Below, piece by piece: positions 1-10,400 of a stretch of DNA of 44,059 nt. The notes beneath the pieces were generated by a model. That model saw only the letters and a list, made by a program, of their open reading frames with translations. It did no database searches and was not told the origin of the DNA. This DNA is from a virus. The first letter of the stretch is position 1; the number at the start of each line of letters is the position of its first letter. The DNA is taken from the IMG/VR virus record IMGVR_UViG_3300025584_000284; one strand, given 5' to 3'. Position numbers and translations under genes: made by a program.

Positions 1-126
1 TAAATTAAATTTACATCCATATTTCTCATTAAGTGATTTAAGATATTCCACTTGAACATCGCCTTCAACACCCCAATCCTTTTCAGGATGTACATCATCT
101 ATTGCTATTACTACATTATTTTTCAT
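1..126 (-). CDS. Partial gene (runs off the window): polysaccharide deacetylase-like / DUF2334-like protein, N-terminus
   Basis: Manual translation from ATG at 126 gives MKNNVVIAIDDVHPEKDWGVEGDVQVEYLKSLNEKYGCKFNL. The IDDVHP motif is typical of NodB-like deacetylase folds. It overlaps the stop of the preceding ORF. Confidence 0.55.
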   Translation of the reverse strand, partial: MKNNVVIAIDDVHPEKDWGVEGDVQVEYLKSLNEKYGCKFNL

Positions 127-1093
127 AATCTCTAAACACATCTTCCCAAGTATATGTATATCCTTGTTCAGTTAAATTAAACGCATTCACTTGAGACATC
201 TTATTAGCATTCTTATACCAATATTGTTGTTCTCTCATTCTTGTTTGATCATCATCTTCGTAATCTTGTCCTTTGATGAAACTTCTTTTCTTTGGTAACT
301 TTCTATTATGAACCAATAAGATATTCTTTATAATATATTGTGGTAACTTACCTTTGAATTGTATAAGACAACTATTCATAAATGCTGTATCTTCGTGTAC
401 AAAGAATACACTCTTCGGTATATTAACTCCACTCTTAATTACATCCGATGATATGACTAACCCACACCCATTAAACTTTAATTTGTCTGTTACTTGAATA
501 TCTAAATCATCTACTTTATCGTTTATCTTATCCATTTCATCTTGAGTCATATTGTATCGCAAACTCCACCAATTTGTTAAATCTTGTTCTGTAAATGGTT
601 TGTCTGTAAAATCTGGATGTTCTAATATCTTCCAACTATCATCCCACATCTTACAAGTACTAAAGAATCCAACATACTTTGGTGTTGTTTCTTTTGCTGC
701 TGTATGTAGGTTATCTAATATTTCAAATGTCTGTCTTGGTATTAAAGAATCACTCTCTCCCCACATCAACACATCAACCTTCTCACAATACTTTTCATTG
801 AACTCTCTACGATAATCTGCAATTGTAAATAACCTATCTTTATTAATCCAAAAGTCTACATTATACTTAGCACATATAACATCCATTCTCTTTACTATTT
901 CTTGTGATGTTATCTCATTTCTATCTATCGATTCCAACTTCTCATTCATATTGAAACAGATATCTATAATAACATTTTCCTTGTTATCCACATTCTCTAA
1001 AGCATAACTTACACTTTTAATATAATCTTCTATAATTCTAATCTCATAGAACTGAACCAAACACCCTATTGCTATAGTATTATTTAATTTCAT
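116..1093 (-). CDS. Putative glycosyltransferase (GT-A fold)
   Basis: 325 aa. It has a DxD-like motif (WGESDSLIP), a later HEDTAF motif and VHNRK, and sits in a sugar-gene cluster. Confidence 0.5.
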   Translation of the reverse strand: MKLNNTIAIGCLVQFYEIRIIEDYIKSVSYALENVDNKENVIIDICFNMNEKLESIDRNEITSQEIVKRMDVICAKYNVDFWINKDRLFTIADYRREFNEKYCEKVDVLMWGESDSLIPRQTFEILDNLHTAAKETTPKYVGFFSTCKMWDDSWKILEHPDFTDKPFTEQDLTNWWSLRYNMTQDEMDKINDKVDDLDIQVTDKLKFNGCGLVISSDVIKSGVNIPKSVFFVHEDTAFMNSCLIQFKGKLPQYIIKNILLVHNRKLPKKRSFIKGQDYEDDDQTRMREQQYWYKNANKMSQVNAFNLTEQGYTYTWEDVFRDYEK

Positions 1094-1847
1094 AGTTATC
1101 CTTTATCTTATCCCATACTGATTTCATTAATTCATTTCTCTGTGTTTTTTCAAAACCATTAAAGTGCCATACCCAACCAACATCCCACATATCACATAGC
1201 CCACTAAAAAGTCCTCTTAAATGTAATTGTGATAAATTAAATCTCTCATCAAGATATACTAATTTATGTTCACTTGCTCGTATCATATAGTTTATTGGTG
1301 TTTGATCTGAACCTTTCTTTAATGTCTCATGTTGTCTCTTTCTTAACTCGTCTTCATTCTTGTAATAGAAATCCGTAACACCTTTACACCACTCTTTATG
1401 TTTCTTGTTCAATACAATAAAACCACAATTAAAGTAACTTGTCCAATCAAACTTAACATCAGGCCAGAAATCTTGATAACCTGTAATACTATTGTGTGTC
1501 CACTCAATATTAAATTTATCTTTAACTGCACAAAACTCACCATCAGTTGACTCAAAGAAATTGGGTGCATCCCAATGAATCATTGTATCAACATCAACTA
1601 ATGCCACATTATCATATTCTATTTCATTAGCATCTAATACTTCCATTGCATGCCATCGTTGCCAGGTTGGTTTCATACCTGGAACACTATATGTTCCATC
1701 ACCTTTTGGTCGTAACTCATCTTCTAATATAAACAATTGTACATCATTTTTCTTACACCAATAATCCCAACTATTATAACACCATTCTGCATAATTCAAG
1801 ACATCTGGAGCCTTTACCATTGCTGTCATGAATACTATATTCTTCAT
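1080..1847 (-). CDS. Glycosyltransferase, GT8-like
   Basis: Motifs VDVDTMIHWDAP (DxD), YFNCGFIVLN, SDQTPINY and WHFNG are GT8 hallmarks. Confidence 0.75.
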   Translation of the reverse strand: MKNIVFMTAMVKAPDVLNYAEWCYNSWDYWCKKNDVQLFILEDELRPKGDGTYSVPGMKPTWQRWHAMEVLDANEIEYDNVALVDVDTMIHWDAPNFFESTDGEFCAVKDKFNIEWTHNSITGYQDFWPDVKFDWTSYFNCGFIVLNKKHKEWCKGVTDFYYKNEDELRKRQHETLKKGSDQTPINYMIRASEHKLVYLDERFNLSQLHLRGLFSGLCDMWDVGWVWHFNGFEKTQRNELMKSVWDKIKDNYEIK

Positions 1848-2827
1848 ACATTATACCCACTATAATAAACAACCCAATGCTCAATCATTTCATCCATTAA
1901 TGTTTCAAATGTATATTCTGGTTTCCAACCAAAAGTCTCTCTAAGTTTAGTAGAATCTCCTTTTAAATATTTTAAATCTTCTGCTCTCATAAATCTCTCA
2001 TCTTGTGTTACATAATTTTTATAATTTAAATCTAACTTATTAAATACATAATCACACATATCTCCAACTGAATTTGTAACTCCAGTGGCACATACAAAAT
2101 CATCTGGTTCTGTATGATTGATTATCATGTGCATAGCTCTTACATAATCCTTTGAATGCCCCCAATCTCTGAAGGCATCTAAATTACCAAGTGGTAATTC
2201 TTTTTGTAGTCCATTCTTAATTCTTACTGCCGACTTAACAACTTTATTTGTTACAAAATTAGAACCTCGTCTTGGCGATTCGTGGTTAAATAAAATACCA
2301 TTACATGCAAATAACTTATAAGCGTTTCTGTAATGTTTAACCATGTTGTACCCAAACACCTTTGTACACCCATAAGGACTCGTTGGCTCCATCTTTGTAG
2401 TTTCCCTTTGATAACCATCGTCATCAACAGAACGACCAAACATCTCTGAAGATGATGCCTGATAGAATCTTGCCGTTGGACAATTATTCTTGTAGGCCTC
2501 CAATACATTTAATAATCCAAGAGCATTTGTCTGTACTGTAAATTGTGGAATATCCATACTGATTCGTACATGACTTTGTGCAGCTATATTATATATCTCA
2601 TCAGGTTGTATAGTTCTTATCAATCTCTCTAATGAACTTACATCAAGTAAATCACCATATTCAACTTCAATATCATTTCTGATTGAATCTATTCTACTTT
2701 GTTGGTGTTCTGCTACAGAATTTCTTCTTACTATTCCGTATACATCATAATCTTGTTCTAACAAATATTCGGCAAGATAACTTCCATCTTGTCCGTTAAT
2801 ACCTGTTATAAATGCTTTTCTTTTCAT
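1844..2827 (-). CDS. gmd: GDP-mannose 4,6-dehydratase
   Basis: Motifs AFITGINGQDGSYLAEYLL, AAQSHV, FYQASSSEMFG, SPYGCTK, GILFNHESPRRG, GNLDAFRDWGH. Confidence 0.97.
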   Translation of the reverse strand: MKRKAFITGINGQDGSYLAEYLLEQDYDVYGIVRRNSVAEHQQSRIDSIRNDIEVEYGDLLDVSSLERLIRTIQPDEIYNIAAQSHVRISMDIPQFTVQTNALGLLNVLEAYKNNCPTARFYQASSSEMFGRSVDDDGYQRETTKMEPTSPYGCTKVFGYNMVKHYRNAYKLFACNGILFNHESPRRGSNFVTNKVVKSAVRIKNGLQKELPLGNLDAFRDWGHSKDYVRAMHMIINHTEPDDFVCATGVTNSVGDMCDYVFNKLDLNYKNYVTQDERFMRAEDLKYLKGDSTKLRETFGWKPEYTFETLMDEMIEHWVVYYSGYNV

Positions 2828-3414
2828 TTGTATAACTCCATGTCTCTTAAATCAGGCCAGTCTTCCAATTCCCAATCTTTTGGTTTTGTATTTATTGCTT
2901 CTGGTAATTTCTCTAATCCCAAACTAGCTGTTTCGGGTGTCATGTAATAATGATAGCCCATTGTACTTATATTTTGAACTCGCCATGGAACATCCCATTC
3001 CCTACCATCATACGACATTTTTTTAAGTTCATCATGAGATTCCTTATCATCTGTTAAAATCATTCCACCTCTACCAAGACTTAAATGTTTTTGATATTGA
3101 AAACTCAAACACATAAAGGTATTTGGAATGTAACTATTCTTTTTCCATAGTACAGCAGCATCTATGATATTCGTACCACCTAATTGATAATAGTCTTTCC
3201 ATTCTCTTTCTTCCCACTCAAACTCAATCCCTATCTTCTCTGCTAAATTTGGAATCGATGGATAAGTGTTTGGTGGTACTGTAAATTTCTTTATTTCCTT
3301 GTATCTCAAACACAATTCTATTGCATGTGTACAACAATCCACAGCTACAGCATATGGTGAACCATAAAACTCTGCTATTTTATCTTCAAAATCATCTATT
3401 ACTTTAAAACTCAT
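2824..3414 (-). CDS. Short DegT/DnrJ/EryC1/StrS-family PLP aminotransferase
   Basis: Motifs YAVAVDCCTHAIEL, IIDAA and SFQYQKHLSLGRGGMI (Schiff-base Lys motif). Only 196 aa. Confidence 0.85.
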   Translation of the reverse strand: MSFKVIDDFEDKIAEFYGSPYAVAVDCCTHAIELCLRYKEIKKFTVPPNTYPSIPNLAEKIGIEFEWEEREWKDYYQLGGTNIIDAAVLWKKNSYIPNTFMCLSFQYQKHLSLGRGGMILTDDKESHDELKKMSYDGREWDVPWRVQNISTMGYHYYMTPETASLGLEKLPEAINTKPKDWELEDWPDLRDMELYK

Positions 3415-3931
3415 ACCCTAACACCCTTGCTCTATCTATAATCTTAGAACCATCTATTTTTTTAACTAACTTTGCTGGATTTCCTTTATACACACCCCAT
3501 TCTTCTGTATCTCCCATTAAAACAGAACCAACTGCTAATAAAACTCCCATTCTCAATCTTGCACCACACAATACAACAGAATTAGTTCCAATGTTAGAAA
3601 ATGGCTCCATTATAACAGGACCAAATATCTCGTTACCTCGTAATTCTTCAGGAATTAATGCTCCATGTAACCCCGAACCATCAAACTTATTAGAACCACA
3701 CACAATTCTTGACCCTGCCATTATATTATTAAAACCTTTTGCTACAAACAATCCTTTTGGGTTTCCGATACAAGTTACATATGGACTTATGTGTACATAA
3801 TCTCCTATTTCCACACGAGTGGTACAGTAAAATCCCTTATCTATTGCAACTCTATTTCCTAAAGTAACTAAACCAGAATGTTTTATATAAACATCGTCCG
3901 CGATGATAACATCACTACCCTTATTCATCAT
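3404..3931 (-). CDS. Hexapeptide-repeat (left-handed beta-helix) acyltransferase
   Basis: Repeated [LIV]G-x4 units (LGNRVAIDK, IGDYVHISP, IGTNSVVL) and C-terminal YKGNPAKLVK. Confidence 0.88.
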   Translation of the reverse strand: MMNKGSDVIIADDVYIKHSGLVTLGNRVAIDKGFYCTTRVEIGDYVHISPYVTCIGNPKGLFVAKGFNNIMAGSRIVCGSNKFDGSGLHGALIPEELRGNEIFGPVIMEPFSNIGTNSVVLCGARLRMGVLLAVGSVLMGDTEEWGVYKGNPAKLVKKIDGSKIIDRARVLGYEF

Positions 3932-4346
3932 ACATCACCTTATCATTTTCTATTCCCTTGTATGGTCCCGTTTTATATTCATAAACTAATGTATCGTCTT
4001 CTAAAATCAAGTATGTGTGGCCACCACCTAAAGTTACAGAACAATCTCCACACCTCAGTATTGGTTTTTGTAATAAAGTTGCATCTGTATCATAAAGATG
4101 ACATTCAACACTACCTTTAATAACCACCCAAGATTCTTGTGCTATAGTTCTCTTTTCACCATCTTTCCAAATGTGTTGATGTGGTTTAAAAGTATGGCCA
4201 TGTTGCATATTTAATGCAGATAACTGAATGAATTCCTTTTCTCCTACTATATCTAATCGGTGTCCTTTTATATCATAAAAGTCTCTCTCCCTATATATAA
4301 TGTGTAATAATCTATCAGGGTTTAATTTTGAATATATTAAATCCAT
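3921..4346 (-). CDS. Cupin-fold metalloprotein, WbuC-like
   Basis: Cupin metal ligands in FKPHQH, QESWVVIKG, GGHTY and YEYKTGPY; NDP-sugar gene context. Confidence 0.7.
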   Translation of the reverse strand: MDLIYSKLNPDRLLHIIYRERDFYDIKGHRLDIVGEKEFIQLSALNMQHGHTFKPHQHIWKDGEKRTIAQESWVVIKGSVECHLYDTDATLLQKPILRCGDCSVTLGGGHTYLILEDDTLVYEYKTGPYKGIENDKVMYDE

Positions 4347-4952
4347 TTATACGACTCCATAACTACAAATAACTCCTTCATAATCCTTTAAAATTAATCC
4401 AGGTCTACAATCACTACCCTTTCCTTCTCCAAGATATTGAACTAATTTAAAAAGACTATTTGCTTTAATCACATCTTGTATCGCTTCTTTTACACCAGTA
4501 GTTGGGTGCCCATAATCATCAAAAATCAAATACTGTTTAGAGTCTCCAAAAGTTATACAATTTTGAATATCAGAAATTACTGAATCATATTCATGATTAC
4601 AATCTATAAAACTTACTTCATATTTTGGTAAGTTTAAATCATCCCATGATTCTCTATACACATCCTTTTCGTGATAAATGATATTATCTCTATCCTTATT
4701 TAACTCTTTTGCCATCCTTAGATTTGGTTCTTCATGCCAATCTAAAGTTACAACTTGTTTAAATAAATAACTTAAAATCCTCGTGGTGTGTCCATGATTA
4801 GTTCCAACTTCCAAAATAGTATATTCCTCACACTCTGTATTTTCAAATGCCTCTACCAAATCCTGTTTAAATTTTAAAGAAGTTGTATCTTTGTATTGTC
4901 GTTTATCTGGGATGTCTCTCCACATCTCTCTTTTACCTTCAGTTGAAATCAT
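4347..4952 (-). CDS. Class I SAM-dependent methyltransferase (Methyltransf_24-like)
   Basis: Motifs ILEVGTNHGHTT, FIDCNHEYDSVISDI and LIFDDYG. Confidence 0.85.
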   Translation of the reverse strand: MISTEGKREMWRDIPDKRQYKDTTSLKFKQDLVEAFENTECEEYTILEVGTNHGHTTRILSYLFKQVVTLDWHEEPNLRMAKELNKDRDNIIYHEKDVYRESWDDLNLPKYEVSFIDCNHEYDSVISDIQNCITFGDSKQYLIFDDYGHPTTGVKEAIQDVIKANSLFKLVQYLGEGKGSDCRPGLILKDYEGVICSYGVV

Positions 4953-4954
4953 AA

Positions 4955-5806
4955 CTAATACACCTTTATATTTTCATTACATTTACTAAAAAACCATGCC
5001 ACTTCAGAATAAGTACTGATTCTACACAATATCATTTCAATTCCTTGTGATAATAAAATCATATCTAAAAAATCATTAGAGTAATCACTTTCAAATGGTT
5101 TCTCATATACATCTGTATAATGAATAAATTTCTTTGTTGGACAACTACTCTTTAAAGTTTCTATTTCCAATCTATTATCACTTGAAATGTAAATAACATC
5201 TTCATTTAATTGTTTAACATACTCAATAAATTGATTTCTCTGTACTTCATCCCAATACTTGTGTCGTGCTTGAGCTCTTGGTTTTACATCTCCATCTCTA
5301 TTTGCACCATTCTTAACAAAACCATCTGCATTGTATGACCTTAAATGTACTGATGAGAATTTATTATATTCTTTTTTAAATTCATCTACACAATATTGTA
5401 TTCCTGGATGTATCGTTAAATAATCTTCAAATATTTTTAAAATTTTATCTCTATAAGTTTTGGGTATTCTTAAATATTCACAATCTACATTTCTCCCATC
5501 TTCATTAAATGACCAATGTGAATATGGGTCATGCCATGTAAATCCTTGTCCAACTATTTCATCACCTGTAGTATGTATATTAAATTCTTTTGGTATTTCC
5601 TTATCTTCTGGAAAAACTACGAATCTCCAAGTATTACAATCCTTTCCATTTCTATTACCATTATGATATAACTCTTGATTTTCAAACAAATCATTAAAAT
5701 AACCTAAATCTGTTTGTGAATCTGAATGTAATCTTTTAGCAGAAACTAACTTCTTTATTTGATTACCAACTCCACCACCACCTGTAGCTATATGTTTCTC
5801 ACTCAT
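4955..5806 (-). CDS. Putative fucosyltransferase-like GT-B enzyme (NodZ/GT11/GT23-like)
   Basis: Motifs GGGVGNQIK, SVHLRS (HxR), IYISSDN and DMILLSQ...STYSEVAW match the GDP-fucose transferase motif order. Confidence 0.65.
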   Translation of the reverse strand: MSEKHIATGGGGVGNQIKKLVSAKRLHSDSQTDLGYFNDLFENQELYHNGNRNGKDCNTWRFVVFPEDKEIPKEFNIHTTGDEIVGQGFTWHDPYSHWSFNEDGRNVDCEYLRIPKTYRDKILKIFEDYLTIHPGIQYCVDEFKKEYNKFSSVHLRSYNADGFVKNGANRDGDVKPRAQARHKYWDEVQRNQFIEYVKQLNEDVIYISSDNRLEIETLKSSCPTKKFIHYTDVYEKPFESDYSNDFLDMILLSQGIEMILCRISTYSEVAWFFSKCNENIKVY

Positions 5807-5812
5807 TACAGG

Positions 5813-6610
5813 TTAGTCTAAAAGATTCTTAAAAAATGTTTCATATTGCAATTTGTTTTTCTCTATATTCTCTACAGTACCTTGAGTTTCCCATCTACCA
5901 AAAACTCCGCCCTTTAAATGTAATATATAGTTCTCATCTAATTCTATTTGATGACCTATTTCTTTTTGTCCTTGTGTTATAATAAAATTATATTTTGATG
6001 TTGCATCAAAAATAGTTAATGGAATTCCTAACGCTCCGTTATTAATTTGTTCTTTTAAATCATTACACACACATAACCAATCTTGATCTACCCACCAATC
6101 TAAATTATTTAAGTCTCTATTATATGTATGATTCTTTCTAAAATTAACATAAGGTTCCCAACTTGGATTATTTAGATTAGAGATATAATGTTCCATAAAC
6201 TGGTTACTCTTTTCATTTACTTTAATTCCCCAGACGCCACCATTTGCTTTATATTCATATGAGTAATGTCTTGTAGTATACATAAAATCAAAATCATTAT
6301 CAAACACATCAAAGGGATTTTTTAAGAAGATTAAATCTGAATCAAAACACATAATATTATCTCCTGTATCTAATTTACTCATTAAATCTTTAACCTTTTC
6401 TACCTTGCATGTCATTCTTCTATCTTCCCAATCACTCATAGGAAACTCAACAACATTTACTCCCCTATCTTTTAATAATTCTTGATTATCAAGATTTGGT
6501 GTATAAACATATATTTCACAATCAGATTGTTTCTTTAAACTTCTAATACATACATCAAACATATCATTTTCATAATACACACCATGATAAATAAAATAAG
6601 CTACATTCAT
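5813..6610 (-). CDS. Nucleotide-diphospho-sugar transferase (GT-A)
   Basis: Motifs CFDSDLIFLKNPF (DxD), ANGGVW, DQDWL and ILHLKG. Confidence 0.75.
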   Translation of the reverse strand: MNVAYFIYHGVYYENDMFDVCIRSLKKQSDCEIYVYTPNLDNQELLKDRGVNVVEFPMSDWEDRRMTCKVEKVKDLMSKLDTGDNIMCFDSDLIFLKNPFDVFDNDFDFMYTTRHYSYEYKANGGVWGIKVNEKSNQFMEHYISNLNNPSWEPYVNFRKNHTYNRDLNNLDWWVDQDWLCVCNDLKEQINNGALGIPLTIFDATSKYNFIITQGQKEIGHQIELDENYILHLKGGVFGRWETQGTVENIEKNKLQYETFFKNLLD

Positions 6611-7245
6611 TTATCTCTCCAAAAAGACCATCTCCACATACTATCAAAATAACATTCATGAGTCTTATTTAACTCTTCACATATACTATCATACCTTTTC
6701 TCTGAATCTTCTACATCTTTATGAAATTGAATTTGTAATCTCTCTACTCTATTAATTGTACCAGTATCACACATTCTATCGAGTATATCATATTCAGCTC
6801 CCTCAATATTCATCTTTAATAAATGTACCACATCAAATTTTTCTAACACCTCATTAATATCAATAGTATTAACTTCTTGTAATCCCTTATCTTTATTTTC
6901 TAAATCATCCAAATAATAATTATCAGTAGAATGTACTCGTTTATATTCCGCTAAATCTTCAAGAGTACTTCCTTCATCACAAACATGAATCATATCTGTT
7001 CCTGTTTTACAGGAAACCGCTAACTTATAAGGAATTACATTCCAATAAGCATCTTTTAAATAATTGTTATAATACTCTTCAACAGCCTCATAAGCATGTA
7101 CATTACAATCATACATATTACCTATTCGATGAGCCCACAACCCAGCATAAGCCCCCAAATCTATAACTACACTATTTTCATTTAAATTATCATATTGATA
7201 TCTTTTTTCTTCTAATGAAGAATTCCAATGTCCTGTATCTTTCAT
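6607..7245 (-). CDS. FkbM-family methyltransferase
   Basis: Motifs VIDLGAYAGLW, HAYEAV, LLKMNIEGAEYDIL and LQIQFH. Confidence 0.88.
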   Translation of the reverse strand: MKDTGHWNSSLEEKRYQYDNLNENSVVIDLGAYAGLWAHRIGNMYDCNVHAYEAVEEYYNNYLKDAYWNVIPYKLAVSCKTGTDMIHVCDEGSTLEDLAEYKRVHSTDNYYLDDLENKDKGLQEVNTIDINEVLEKFDVVHLLKMNIEGAEYDILDRMCDTGTINRVERLQIQFHKDVEDSEKRYDSICEELNKTHECYFDSMWRWSFWRDK

Positions 7246-7274
7246 ATCATTTTAACCCCTTTGTAGTTAATGCA

Positions 7275-7919
7275 CTATATTCCAATTATATCACCGTATA
7301 GTTTATTTTGTTCTTCTTGTTTCGATATAGTTTTGACATGATACAAACTCAATTCTTCATTTGGTGGTAGATGTGCATAGGTTTTACATCCATCTATTTG
7401 TTCATGTACTTTTCTTCTCCACCTAATATCTGGTGAATTTCTAAATACTCTTGATTGGAAATCAGGATAATTAATCCATCCTTGTTCTGTAGATTTCCAT
7501 CCCCAATATTTCATATGTTCTTGTGTGATTCCTTCAACGATATTCACTCTTGGTACATATATTAAATCAACTCCATCATTCATTTCTAATATTTCTTTTA
7601 GCTGTAAGAGTAATGCTTCGTGTGGCTGCTCATCCGCATCGATATGAAATATATAATCTCCCGTAGAGTTTTCTATAACCGAATTCTTTTGAGCCGAAAA
7701 ATCACCATCAAGTTTTCTCTGATACACTTTGATAGTTTTCATATCTTCGTGTCCATATTGTTGAACCCATGATTGAATTACAAATTGAGTTTCTTCATCT
7801 GAATAATCATCACATATAACTATCTCATCTTCAGGATCAGTTTTGTGTATTAATATTTCTAATAACTTATTGAGTTCATCGGCCTCATTATGTACAGTTA
7901 TTCCATAACTTATTTTCAT
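7275..7919 (-). CDS. Glycosyltransferase family 2
   Basis: Motifs ISYGITVHNE, ICDDYSD, FSAQKN and FHIDADE (DxD). Confidence 0.9.
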   Translation of the reverse strand: MKISYGITVHNEADELNKLLEILIHKTDPEDEIVICDDYSDEETQFVIQSWVQQYGHEDMKTIKVYQRKLDGDFSAQKNSVIENSTGDYIFHIDADEQPHEALLLQLKEILEMNDGVDLIYVPRVNIVEGITQEHMKYWGWKSTEQGWINYPDFQSRVFRNSPDIRWRRKVHEQIDGCKTYAHLPPNEELSLYHVKTISKQEEQNKLYGDIIGI

Positions 7920-8401
7920 AATTCAAATAACTTCTCGTATTGTTTCATTATCTCTTCACTAAATTTATCTACAGTATCTTTTGGTATTCTCAAATAATCC
8001 ATTTCTAAATAAACTCTTCTCTTTCTACATTCTCGTCTACTATATGTTCTAAAAAATTTATACCAAGGTCTTAATCTACCAGTCAATTTAATTGTTCCAG
8101 CCTTACTCAACCTATCTGGTAAATCTCCAGCAACTGCACCCTCTTCAAACTCTAATCCACCAACTCTTTTGAATAACATCTCTAACTTAGTCTCAGTAAT
8201 TGGTCTTGTAATTTGTGTATCTAATTGAATACCAACTACAAATCTTTTAATTCTTTTTGTAGTTTTCTTTCTATATCTCATATCAGGATTAATTATCAAT
8301 ACAGTTCTCTTGTATGATTTATTTGACCCCTCACTTTTATATCCAAAAGTTACAATCTGTCCTGGTTCAACTGCATGCCAAGCTGTATTTCTAAGAGCCA
8401 T
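7916..8401 (-). CDS. Hypothetical protein
   Basis: 161-aa ORF overlapping neighbours on both sides; no recognised motif. Confidence 0.7.
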   Translation of the reverse strand: MALRNTAWHAVEPGQIVTFGYKSEGSNKSYKRTVLIINPDMRYRKKTTKRIKRFVVGIQLDTQITRPITETKLEMLFKRVGGLEFEEGAVAGDLPDRLSKAGTIKLTGRLRPWYKFFRTYSRRECRKRRVYLEMDYLRIPKDTVDKFSEEIMKQYEKLFEL

Positions 8402-8846
8402 TACTTATATCCTTTACTATTCCCATTTTTTGACAACACTCTAAGAATTCATATTGTCCAAATGTTTTTGAATTATCTACATCTAACATCTTATCATGTC
8501 CTTTATACTTTTCATCCTTTTGTTCTTCTTTCGTTAACTTACGAACTTGAGCTAATTTATAGTTCCAATTAGTTTGAGTTCCCTCTGGATATATCATACC
8601 CAACTCTCCCATATTAACTATAGATGGAAACCACATTATCTCTCTATCTTCATCATAAAAACAAACATCATTCATTAATTGTGTTGCTCCTAATTGTGCC
8701 GTTTTCAATTCATTACTTTCATATTTAAATGTAGTATTAGAATTATATCCACACCTAAAACACATAAAAGAACTAAATTCTTTTTGCATCTCTTCGAAAC
8801 AATGGTCTGTATCAAAACATACTGGACAATCTATTACCTTTTCCAT
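8391..8846 (-). CDS. Hypothetical protein with N-terminal CxxC...CxxC zinc ribbon
   Basis: Motifs CPVC and CFRCG; coupled to neighbouring genes. Confidence 0.7.
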   Translation of the reverse strand: MEKVIDCPVCFDTDHCFEEMQKEFSSFMCFRCGYNSNTTFKYESNELKTAQLGATQLMNDVCFYDEDREIMWFPSIVNMGELGMIYPEGTQTNWNYKLAQVRKLTKEEQKDEKYKGHDKMLDVDNSKTFGQYEFLECCQKMGIVKDISNGS

Positions 8847-8847
8847 A

Positions 8848-10197
8848 TTACTTTGTTACCTTCTTTAAAGCTGGTAATTTCAATTTACCCTTTACTGGTT
8901 CCCCTTTTACTGGAGTACCTTCAATCTTTTGTAATTTGGGTAATTTTAATTCAACTTGTTTTGGAACTGATTCTATCAATGGTGTTATTATTTTATCTAA
9001 CTTTTCCTTCATCTTCTCATAACTAAATAGTGATTTAGTATAAACTTGTAGTTGTTTAGACTTAACTAAATATTTAATATAGTTTTTCACAACATCTTTC
9101 ATTATCTGTGAAGCATGTTGGTAATTAACTTGAAACCATTGTGAACCTTCAAAATATATTTCTTTAGGAAATGAGTTTTTAGGTACTTTAGCTAAACTAC
9201 CACTCAATAGTACTGAATAATTTGGATTCAAGAAATCTTGTTGTCCACTCCAACCTGGAGCAATAACAGGTTTTCCACTTTGAGCTGCCTCTAATAATGG
9301 TCTACCAAATCCCTCTCCGTGTGTGAAAGAAATATGAGCCTTAACCTTTGGATGATTATACATTTCATTCATTTCCTCATCTGTTAAATCTCCGTGTATT
9401 AAATATACTGGAGGTAATATTCCTTTAATATCTTTTTTAATAGTTTTTATTTTTGTTAAAATTTCTTCTCTATCTATAATTGAAAATGTAGCACCACTTG
9501 TTTTCAAAATAAGTCCTGGTGGTTTCTTTTGATTCTTGAATGTCTCACAAAAAACTTTAACCATCATACCTAAATCTTTTCTATCTTCTCCAAGATTTCC
9601 ACTCAACCAATGTCCTGTTGATAAAAAATTCCAATCATTATCAATGGAATCAAATGTTTCTTTAACCACCTCATTTATTTCATTCGTTGGTCTATAAACA
9701 TTAGTATCAACTCCTTCAAATAAAGTTTCCATTGGTTTAGTTACTTTAAGAAGTGAGCCTTTATTTCCTTGTTTATCTTGAGATTCAAATTCTGCTTGAT
9801 CAAATCCTTGTTTAGAAAATTCTGAAGTAAGGATATTTAAATCCATTCTATTCATACCTTCAATCCACTTTGGGGGCGGTATAGTTGTTTCAATACCCGC
9901 AGTCATACCAATATTCTTTTTACCTAATGGTTGAAATTCATTTGGTACTACAATATGAATATGTAATTCTGGTTGTTTTGGTAAACTTGGTTCAGTTAAC
10001 ATACACTCTTTTATTTTATCATGTATTGGATTACCATCTTCTAATGCATTCATTGGTGTATTCCCCCAACGAACTGGATTTACCTTAACTTCGTATTTAT
10101 CTAAATCAAGTAAAGCACTGACAATATCTCGGGAGTGATTTCCGTATCCACTACGAGTTTTTACTGGTGCTGTAACTAAAACTAATGGTTTACTCAT
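8848..10197 (-). CDS. Glycosyltransferase, GT-B fold (GT4-like)
   Basis: Motifs TRSGYGNHSRD and HGEGFGRPLLEAAQSGKPVIAPGWSG (GT4 E-x7-E signature). Confidence 0.88.
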   Translation of the reverse strand: MSKPLVLVTAPVKTRSGYGNHSRDIVSALLDLDKYEVKVNPVRWGNTPMNALEDGNPIHDKIKECMLTEPSLPKQPELHIHIVVPNEFQPLGKKNIGMTAGIETTIPPPKWIEGMNRMDLNILTSEFSKQGFDQAEFESQDKQGNKGSLLKVTKPMETLFEGVDTNVYRPTNEINEVVKETFDSIDNDWNFLSTGHWLSGNLGEDRKDLGMMVKVFCETFKNQKKPPGLILKTSGATFSIIDREEILTKIKTIKKDIKGILPPVYLIHGDLTDEEMNEMYNHPKVKAHISFTHGEGFGRPLLEAAQSGKPVIAPGWSGQQDFLNPNYSVLLSGSLAKVPKNSFPKEIYFEGSQWFQVNYQHASQIMKDVVKNYIKYLVKSKQLQVYTKSLFSYEKMKEKLDKIITPLIESVPKQVELKLPKLQKIEGTPVKGEPVKGKLKLPALKKVTK

Positions 10198-10397
10198 TTA
10201 TTCCTTCTCCGTTTCTGAATCATCTCTTTGGTTATCTCATGATATGGAACTTCATAAATACCTTCCATCATTCTTTTATGTTTATCTCTATTGAGCATCG
10301 CAAGATATGAGTTTGTAGGTTTCTTCCTACGATTACTTAATTTACTTCGTAAAAGTTTTTTAAATTTTTTCTTAGTATTACTTTTCGTTATTCGCAC
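10194..10397 (-). CDS. Small basic hypothetical protein
   Basis: 67 aa, K/R-rich, GTG start after GGAG, ATGA overlap with the next gene. Confidence 0.55.
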   Translation of the reverse strand: MRITKSNTKKKFKKLLRSKLSNRRKKPTNSYLAMLNRDKHKRMMEGIYEVPYHEITKEMIQKRRRNK

Positions 10398-10400
10398 TTG

